The translations under genes were made by a program, and so were the position numbers. A stretch of 64,000 nt of DNA from an uncultured Planctomycetia bacterium (GTDB lineage Bacteria; Planctomycetota; Phycisphaerae; FEN-1346; JAACEH01). Under the pieces are notes generated by a model, which was not told where the DNA came from, did not search any database, and saw nothing but the letters and a program-made list of their open reading frames with translations. The DNA is taken from the NCBI GenBank assembly GCA_903929765.1, contig CAIYVX010000039.1:32573-96572 (forward strand), given 5' to 3'. Below, in pieces: positions 57,845-64,000 of the stretch; the stretch's first letter is position 1, and the number at the start of each line of letters is the position of its first letter.

Positions 57845-59065
57845 ATGATTATGTCGAAACTCGAACTGTACCGTGGTTTCAAAAAACCGTACAAGACCAT
57901 TCCGGTGACGCAAAAAGCCTGGCGGATTCATGGGCCGGGGCTGGAGAACCTGACGCTCGACACGGTGCCGGTGCCGGCGCCGGGGGCGAACGAACTGCTG
58001 GCCCGCGTCGATGCGGTGGGCATTTGCGCCAGCGACGTGAAGCTGATCAATCAGGGTCCGGCCCACGCCCGGATGCAAGGGCGAGATTTGACGGCTAATC
58101 CGGCGATTCCCGGCCACGAGGTTTCGCTCACGCTGGTGGCCGTGGGCGAAGCGCTCACGGAGAAGTTCAAGGTCGGGCGGCGCTACAGCGTCCAGGCCGA
58201 CATCTATGTCAACCAGGTGCCGATGGCCTTCGGCTACCAACTGGCCGGGGCCGATCAGCAATACGTCACCATTCCGCCGCTGGTGCACGAGGGCGGGTTC
58301 CTGCTGCCGGTGGACAAGTCGCTCGGTTACTCGGCGGTGGCCATCGCCGAACCGTGGGCCTGCGTCCTGTTCAGCTACGAGAACCACCGGCACAACCAGG
58401 GGGTACTGCCGGGTGGCACGGCCTGGTATTGCGGCTCGGGGCCGCTGGGCCTGATGCACATCGAAAAGGGGATTCGCGACGGGGCGAAAAAAATCTATGT
58501 CAGCGAAATGAAGGCCGACCGGCTCGAACACATGCGCCGCACGTTCGGCCCGCTGGCGGCGGAAAAGGGTTGCGAGCTGGTGCTGATCGACCTGAGCAAG
58601 GACAAGATCGAAAACCACATCGCCCCGAAGAGCGTCGACGACATCGTCATCCTGGCCCCCGTGGCCAAAGTCGCCGAGGCCGCCCTGCCCTACCTGTCGC
58701 TGCGGAGTTTCATGAACGTCTTCGCCGGCTTCCCCACGGGCGACTCGGCCAACATCAAACTCAACCTCAACGAGATGCACTACGGCCAGTGGACCATGCT
58801 GGCCACGAGCGGCTCGCCGATTCACTCGCTCCAGCAGGTTCTGGACCTTTCTGCAAAGGGCAAGCTCAACCCGAACAACGCCGTCGCCGCCGTGGCGGGC
58901 CTGGGCGGCCTGAAGGAAGGCGTCGATCACACGCATAAGGGGACGTTCCCCGGCCGCATCGTCATCTATCCGCAGATCGACCTGCCGCTGACGCCGATCT
59001 CGCAACTGGTCGAGGGGCCGTGGACCAAAGAAGCCGAGGAGAAGCTGCTCGAAGGAAAACTCTAA
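57845..59065 (+). CDS. Zinc-dependent alcohol dehydrogenase (MDR) family protein
   Basis: GICASDV...GHE structural and catalytic Zn region, and the GxGxxG-like nucleotide-binding fold. Confidence 0.8.
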   Translation: MIMSKLELYRGFKKPYKTIPVTQKAWRIHGPGLENLTLDTVPVPAPGANELLARVDAVGICASDVKLINQGPAHARMQGRDLTANPAIPGHEVSLTLVAVGEALTEKFKVGRRYSVQADIYVNQVPMAFGYQLAGADQQYVTIPPLVHEGGFLLPVDKSLGYSAVAIAEPWACVLFSYENHRHNQGVLPGGTAWYCGSGPLGLMHIEKGIRDGAKKIYVSEMKADRLEHMRRTFGPLAAEKGCELVLIDLSKDKIENHIAPKSVDDIVILAPVAKVAEAALPYLSLRSFMNVFAGFPTGDSANIKLNLNEMHYGQWTMLATSGSPIHSLQQVLDLSAKGKLNPNNAVAAVAGLGGLKEGVDHTHKGTFPGRIVIYPQIDLPLTPISQLVEGPWTKEAEEKLLEGKL

Positions 59066-59144
59066 TTCCGGGTGCCACACTTTGAAGACCCGGCGCTTCG
59101 CCGGGGCCAAAGTGTGTGCTTCTCGAATGCAGGAAACTCATGTG

Positions 59145-59177
59145 CCACGGCGGGCCTTGTCCCGCCGTGGTTTTTTG
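59145..59177 (+). terminator. Rho-independent terminator after Zn-ADH gene
   Basis: CCACGGCGGG-CCTTGT-CCCGCCGTGG hairpin followed by TTTTTTG. Confidence 0.55.
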
Positions 59178-59244
59178 TAGGCGTTGACTTTCCCCGCCGG
59201 ATTGCCCATGATGCTTCTCTGCCGTCGCGTCGAAGGAGCCGGTC

Positions 59245-59820
59245 ATGGCCTTGCAAATCACCGAAATCGGGACCACAAACTGGGCCGCATACTTCTCGGT
59301 TTCCCCCGCATTTCTTGTCACGTCCACTCTCGAATGCGAGACGGCCGACGGCGGCTTCGGCGGAATCAAGCTGACGGAAAGAGCCGTCGCCACGCCTTAC
59401 ACGAAGTTCGCCGAGAGCGAGACGCATATAGCCTGGGCCGAGCACTTTGATCTGAACACCTGGGGGATTTTTCTGGCCACCGCTTCCGGGCGGCCCGTCG
59501 GCGGCGCCGCCGTGGCTCCGCCCACGCCGACGATGATCGCCCCACAAGGACAACCGGACACCGCCACCCTCTTCGATATTCGCGTCGCTGCCTCGGCCCG
59601 CCGCAGTGGCGTGGACACGGCCCTCTTTCGCCGCGCGGTCGAGTGGGCCAGGGCGAGCGGGTGCAAGTTCCTCGTGATTGAGACGCAGGACAACAACGTG
59701 CCGGCCTGTCGCTTCTATGCCCGCAACGGCTGCGAGTTGCTGGAGATACGGCGCCTGGCCTATCGCCTGACCCCGGCGGTCGCCCTCGAGAACATGCTGA
59801 TCTGGCGTCTGGCGTTGTGA
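59245..59820 (+). CDS. GNAT family N-acetyltransferase
   Basis: Acetyl-CoA binding region RRSGVDTALFRRAVEWARASGCKFLVIETQDNNVPACRFYARNGC. Confidence 0.7.
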   Translation: MALQITEIGTTNWAAYFSVSPAFLVTSTLECETADGGFGGIKLTERAVATPYTKFAESETHIAWAEHFDLNTWGIFLATASGRPVGGAAVAPPTPTMIAPQGQPDTATLFDIRVAASARRSGVDTALFRRAVEWARASGCKFLVIETQDNNVPACRFYARNGCELLEIRRLAYRLTPAVALENMLIWRLAL

Positions 59821-59871
59821 TTTCGCATTCCCGCCGCTATAATCGGCCTCGTCCTGGAGGGCTGCGCTGCG

Positions 59872-60564
59872 GTGAAAGTCTCGGTGGTCATGCCGGTGTA
59901 CAACGAAGCGGCGACGGTCCGCGAGGCGGTGCGGCGCGTGCTGGCGGCGCCGATTCAGGATACTATTGAGTTGGTCGCCGTGGACGACGCCTCGACGGAC
60001 GGGTCGGCGGCGATCCTGGCGGAACTGGCGGCCGAGGAGCCGCGCGTGCGGGTGCTGCGGCACGAGAAGAACGCCGGCAAAGGGGCGGCGCTGCGGACGG
60101 GGTTTGCGGCGGCCACCGGCGAGGTGGTGCTGGTGCAGGACGCGGATCTGGAGTACGATCCGGCGGACTATCCGCGGCTCCTGGCCCCGCTGCGGGACGG
60201 GCGGGCGGACGTGGTGATCGGCAGCCGCTTTATCGGCGAGACGCACCGCGTGATTTATTTCTGGCATTACGTGGCCAACCGCTTTCTGACGCTCGTGTCG
60301 TGCATGTTGAGCGGGCTGAACCTGACCGACATGGAGGCGGGGTACAAGGCGTTTCGCCGCGAGGTGCTCCAGAAAATCAAGATTCGCAGCAACCGGTTCG
60401 GCGTCGAGCCGGAACTGATTCAGAAGGTGGCGCGCGGCCAGTGGCGGGTCTACGAAGTGGCCATCGCGTATTACGGCCGCACTTACGCCGAGGGCAAAAA
60501 AATCACCTGGCGCGACGGCCTGGCGGCGCTGTGGCATATTATCAGATACCGCATTGCGGATTGA
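59872..60564 (+). CDS. Glycosyltransferase family 2 (Dpm1-like)
   Basis: VSVVMPVYNEAATV...VAVDDASTDGS...VQDADLEYDP. GTG start. Confidence 0.8.
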   Translation: MKVSVVMPVYNEAATVREAVRRVLAAPIQDTIELVAVDDASTDGSAAILAELAAEEPRVRVLRHEKNAGKGAALRTGFAAATGEVVLVQDADLEYDPADYPRLLAPLRDGRADVVIGSRFIGETHRVIYFWHYVANRFLTLVSCMLSGLNLTDMEAGYKAFRREVLQKIKIRSNRFGVEPELIQKVARGQWRVYEVAIAYYGRTYAEGKKITWRDGLAALWHIIRYRIAD

Positions 60565-60570
60565 GAACAG

Positions 60571-60666
60571 CAGGCTTAAGGCTTGAGGCTTAAGGCTTGA
60601 GGAACGGCAAAAGAAGAAACAGCAACACCCTCACCCTACCCTCTCCCCTCAAGGGAGAGGGGTGAA
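60571..60666. repeat. H5 + A20
   Basis: GGCTTAAGGCTTGAGGCTTAAGGCTTGAGG ... CACCCTCACCCTACCCTCTCCCCTCAAGGGAGAGGGGTG. Confidence 0.8.
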
Positions 60667-60695
60667 AAAGAAGAAAAGGCCATAAGGAAGTCAGC

Positions 60696-62039
60696 GTGAA
60701 GACGATAAAAATGCAATCTCCCGACGGCCAGAAGGAATTGGCCGGGCTGCGCGCCGCCCTGGGGCTGGATCAGGGGCTGGTGGCGGAATGGCAGCGGAAA
60801 CTTTCGGACGGGCGGACGCCGCTGGAGAATGTGCGCGAGGTGCTGGCGGCGGTGCGCGAGCGCGGCGACGAGGCGGTGATCGCGTACACGGAAAAATTCG
60901 ACCGGGTGCGGCTGTCGGCCCAGACGCTGCGCGTGCCGCAAGAGGAAATTGACGCAGCGGTGGCGGCGACGCCGGTGGCGGTGATCGAGGCCTTGCGGCA
61001 GGCGGCGGCGAACATCCGGCGGTTCCAGGCGGCGACGATGGCCGATGATCCCGAGCCGGTGGTTTCGCCGGGGCGGCGGCTGGCAATGGTTTATCGCCCG
61101 TTGCGGCGAGTCGGGGTTTATGTGCCCGGCGGGGCGACGGCTTATCCGTCGAGCGTGCTGATGACAGTCGTACCAGCCCAGGTGGCGGGGGTCGAGGAGG
61201 TGGTGGTGGTCAGCCCGCCGGCTGAGGGCGGGCGGATTCGCAGCCTGGTCCTGGCGGCGTGCGGCGTGGCGGGAGTGACGGAGGTTTATCGCCTGGGCGG
61301 CGCGACAGCGGTGGCGGCGCTGGCCTACGGCACGCGGACGATTCCGGCCGTGGACAAGATCGTCGGGCCGGGAAACCTGTTCGTGCAATTGGCGAAGAAG
61401 GAAGTTCAGGGCCAGGTGGACATCGACATGTTTGCCGGGCCGTCGGAGGTGCTGGTCATCGCCGACTCCTCGGCCGACGCGGCGCGGCTGGCGGCGGACC
61501 TGCTGAGCCAGGCCGAACACAATCCCGGTTGCTGCATTCTCGTGACGGACGATGCGGGGCTGGGGCGGCGCGTCGAGGATGAGATCAAGTGCGCGCTGGC
61601 CGGGATGAAGTCGGCGGCGGTGGTGCGCGACGCGGTCGAGCGGTTCAGCGCGATTGTCGAGGTGCGGGACCTGGACGAAGCTTGCCGCGTGGCGAATTTT
61701 CTGGCCCCGGAACACCTTCAGATTCAGACGCGGGAGCCGCGGGCGCTGGTGGCGAAAATCAGATCGGCCGGAGCGGTGTTCGTCGGCCCGTGGACGCCGG
61801 TGGCGGTGGGCGATTATTTCGCCGGTCCGAGCCACACGCTGCCCACGGGCGGGACGGCGCGGTTCGCTTCGGGCCTGTCGGCGAACGATTTCCGCAAGCG
61901 CATGAGCGTGATCGAGTACACCCGCGAGGCCCTGGCGGCCGACGCCGAACAGATTGTCACCCTGGCCGAAGCCGAGCGGTTCGAGGCCCACGCCCGCAGC
62001 GTGACGGTGCGGCTCGGGGAGAAAGGCGGCACGAAGTGA
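60696..62039 (+). CDS. hisD: Histidinol dehydrogenase
   Basis: Full-length HisD with conserved core (GPGNLFV...SQAEHNP...HLQI). Confidence 0.95.
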   Translation: MKTIKMQSPDGQKELAGLRAALGLDQGLVAEWQRKLSDGRTPLENVREVLAAVRERGDEAVIAYTEKFDRVRLSAQTLRVPQEEIDAAVAATPVAVIEALRQAAANIRRFQAATMADDPEPVVSPGRRLAMVYRPLRRVGVYVPGGATAYPSSVLMTVVPAQVAGVEEVVVVSPPAEGGRIRSLVLAACGVAGVTEVYRLGGATAVAALAYGTRTIPAVDKIVGPGNLFVQLAKKEVQGQVDIDMFAGPSEVLVIADSSADAARLAADLLSQAEHNPGCCILVTDDAGLGRRVEDEIKCALAGMKSAAVVRDAVERFSAIVEVRDLDEACRVANFLAPEHLQIQTREPRALVAKIRSAGAVFVGPWTPVAVGDYFAGPSHTLPTGGTARFASGLSANDFRKRMSVIEYTREALAADAEQIVTLAEAERFEAHARSVTVRLGEKGGTK

Positions 62040-63079
62040 ATTATGTTCGCAAAAATATCGCGGCCATGGCCGGGTACATGCCCGGCGAACAGCCGACCGA
62101 TCCGGCGGTGGTGAAGCTCAACACCAACGAAAACCCCTACCCGCCGTCGCCGCGGGCGCTCGAGGCGGTTCGGGCCACGCTGGAAAAACTACGGAAATAC
62201 CCTGATCCTCTCGGCACCGAGGTTCGCCAGACGGTCGCGCGGCTCTTCGACGTGACGGTGGACAATGTGATTTGCGGCAACGGGTCCGACGATTTGCTGA
62301 CGATGGCGGCGCGGGCTTTCACGGAGCCGGGACGGGCGCTGGCGACCTGTTACCCGACCTATTCGCTCTACGAAACGCTGGCGGAGTTGCAGGACGCACC
62401 GTTCGAGAGCCACGAGTGCCCGGAGGATTTTTCGTTGCCGGTGGAGGCGCTGGCGGCGTCCAAAGCGCCGCTCGTGATCGTGGCCAACCCGAACGTTCCG
62501 ACGGGACTGGCGGCGCCGGTGGCGGCGCTGGAACGCATCGCCCGGAGCATTCCCGGCGTCCTCCTGATCGACGAGGCCTACGTCGATTTCGCCGACGACA
62601 ACGCCATGCGGCTGGCGCGAAACGAGAAAAACGTCCTGGTCATGCGGACGCTGTCGAAGTCCTACAGCCTGGCGGGTGTGCGCTTCGGCTTCATGGTCGG
62701 ACCGGCAGAAATTATTACCGAACTGATGAAGGTCAAGGATTCGTACAATTGCGATCAGTTGTCGCTGGCAGCGGCAAAGGCGGCGCTGGAAGACCAGGAC
62801 TGGCTGCGCGAAAACGTGCGGAAGATTCTGGCCGAACGGACGCGGCTGGCGGTGGCGCTGCGGTCTCTGGGCTTCACCGTCCTCGACAGCCAGGCGAATT
62901 GCCTGTTCGCCCGGACGCCGAAAATCTCGGCCGAGCAGCTTTACCTGCAGTTGAAGGCTCGCGGCGTGATGATCCGCTTTTTCCATCGGCCGCGCGTGCG
63001 AGAGTATGTGCGCATCACCGTCGGCACGCCGCAGGAAAATGAGCGGCTGCTGGCGGAGATCAAGACGATTCTAGGATAA
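62036..63079 (+). CDS. hisC: Histidinol-phosphate aminotransferase
   Basis: GTG start overlapping the hisD stop (GTGA). LNTNENPYPPSP and SKSYSLAGVRFG (PLP-Lys) motifs. The ORF-track start at 61589 is a frame overlap with hisD and is rejected. Confidence 0.9.
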   Translation: MNYVRKNIAAMAGYMPGEQPTDPAVVKLNTNENPYPPSPRALEAVRATLEKLRKYPDPLGTEVRQTVARLFDVTVDNVICGNGSDDLLTMAARAFTEPGRALATCYPTYSLYETLAELQDAPFESHECPEDFSLPVEALAASKAPLVIVANPNVPTGLAAPVAALERIARSIPGVLLIDEAYVDFADDNAMRLARNEKNVLVMRTLSKSYSLAGVRFGFMVGPAEIITELMKVKDSYNCDQLSLAAAKAALEDQDWLRENVRKILAERTRLAVALRSLGFTVLDSQANCLFARTPKISAEQLYLQLKARGVMIRFFHRPRVREYVRITVGTPQENERLLAEIKTILG

Positions 63080-63091
63080 AAGGAGCCTCCG

Positions 63092-63691
63092 ATGGCCAAG
63101 CGAAAAGGTCGGACCGCCGAAGTCGCCCGCAAGACCGGCGAAACGGAAATCACCGCCCGAGTCAACCTCGACGGCACGGGCCGGGCCGAAATCGCCACGG
63201 GGTTGGGGTTCTTCGATCACATGCTGACGCTGCTGGCGCGGCACAGTCTGATCGACCTGTCGATCGAGGCGCGCGGCGACCTGGGCGTGGACGGACATCA
63301 CACGGTCGAGGACGTGGGCATCGTCCTGGGCCAGGCCCTGGATCAGGCCCTGGGCGAGCGGGCGGGAATTGTGCGCTACGGCGCAGCCGCGGTGCCGATG
63401 GACGAGACGCTGGCGACGGCGGCGGTCGATCTGGGCGGGCGGGCCTACCTGGTCTACCTGGCGGAATTTCCGGTCGACCGAATCGGCGAGTTCGACGTGG
63501 AACTGGTGCGGGAATTCTTGCTCGCTCTGGCGAACAACGCCCGGATGAACCTCCACGTCCAGGTGCCCTACGGGGCCAACGCTCATCACCTGGCCGAGGC
63601 GATTTTCAAGGCTACGGCCCGGGCCTTGCGGCAAGCCACGGAAAATGATCCGCGGGCCACGGGCGTGCCGTCGAGCAAGGGGACGATTTAA
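63092..63691 (+). CDS. hisB: Imidazoleglycerol-phosphate dehydratase
   Basis: RKTGETEI...GFFDHML...[11 protein letters not shown]...[12 protein letters not shown]. Confidence 0.95.
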   Translation: MAKRKGRTAEVARKTGETEITARVNLDGTGRAEIATGLGFFDHMLTLLARHSLIDLSIEARGDLGVDGHHTVEDVGIVLGQALDQALGERAGIVRYGAAAVPMDETLATAAVDLGGRAYLVYLAEFPVDRIGEFDVELVREFLLALANNARMNLHVQVPYGANAHHLAEAIFKATARALRQATENDPRATGVPSSKGTI

Positions 63692-63710
63692 GCAGGTTTC
63701 TTGAAAAACA

Positions 63711-63739
63711 TTGACAAAACGGGCTTCGGACGGCACAAT
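63711..63739 (+). promoter_or_regulatory. Candidate sigma70-like promoter for tRNA-Asp (TTGACA-17-CACAAT)
   Basis: TTGACA at 63711-63716 with a 17-nt spacer to CACAAT at 63734-63739, about 40 nt upstream of the tRNA 5' end. Confidence 0.3.
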
Positions 63740-63780
63740 AGTCGTGTTCGGATTTGGCTGATAGATAGGTCCGACGGCGC

Positions 63781-63857
63781 GGGGCCATAGCTCAATTGGT
63801 TAGAGTGCCAGACTGTCGATCTGGAAGTTGCGGGTTCGAGTCCCGTTGGCCTCGCCA
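63781..63857 (+). tRNA. tRNA-Asp (anticodon GTC)
   Basis: Acceptor GGGGCCA/TGGCCTC, anticodon stem CCAGA/TCTGG with loop CTGTCGA, T-loop TTCGAGT, and encoded CCA. Followed by a rho-independent terminator. Confidence 0.92.
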
Positions 63858-63865
63858 CTAACATG

Positions 63866-63908
63866 AAAAGGCCGAAACCGGAGAATGGTTTCGGCCTCTT
63901 TTTTTTCC
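63866..63908 (+). terminator. Rho-independent terminator after tRNA-Asp
   Basis: AAAAGGCCGAAACC-GGAGAATG-GTTTCGGCC hairpin followed by T10. Confidence 0.7.
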
Positions 63909-63920
63909 TATCAGAAACAG

Positions 63921-64000
63921 CAGAAAAAACAACGGTTTCCAGTTCGACGGTTATTCTTCATGGCCCGTCTTCGCCGGACCATGCCACCCGGCGGTTGGGG
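63921..64000. repeat. Family-B element B7 (inverted) at window end
   Basis: TTCTTCATGGCCCGTCTTCGCCGGACCATGCCACCC. Confidence 0.75.

Noticed and set aside
55685-62040. Minus-strand ORFs 55685..57001, 57788..59110, 59062..60537, 60636..61991 and 63071..63736
   Set aside because: All are antisense to clearly identified plus-strand genes (aldolase/SDR, Zn-ADH, GNAT/GT2, hisD, hisB).
61589-63079. 496-aa ORF-track version of hisC
   Set aside because: Its first 149 codons overlap hisD in another frame. The N-terminal consensus of HisC begins at GTG 62036, overlapping the hisD stop (GTGA).

Overview
This is a 64-kb window of high-GC (~65%) bacterial chromosome with strong GC3 codon bias. A Gloeo_Verruco (GloVer) repeat/dockerin-like protein and the general gene content suggest the Planctomycetota/Verrucomicrobiota (PVC) superphylum, though that is not certain. 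About 50 protein genes are supportable, including LemA-HtpX, three Amidase_2 paralogs, GroEL/GroES, a methyltransferase plus putative restriction-endonuclease pair, xylose isomerase, DEAD-box and DinG helicases, ThiS-ThiG, CobO and a hisD-hisC-hisB operon. Two tRNAs are present: tRNA-Arg(TCT) and tRNA-Asp(GTC). Two things stand out. First, nearly every intergenic region is built from at least nine families of short palindromic repeats (>60 copies), arranged as modular arrays joined by CT-rich linkers. One copy lies in-frame inside the dinG CDS, and one carries a 24-bp flanking duplication that includes the RBS and start codon of the downstream gene. Second, there is a co-directional seven-gene cluster: NfeD-flotillin followed by four paralogous MIDAS-type VWA-domain proteins with different N-terminal modules, interleaved with a lipoprotein. 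Several of these genes have markedly lower GC than the surrounding genome. I could not match this cluster to any described system and regard it as the best candidate for a novel system. Many long ORFs in the supplied track are antisense or alternative-frame artefacts of the high GC content and are rejected.
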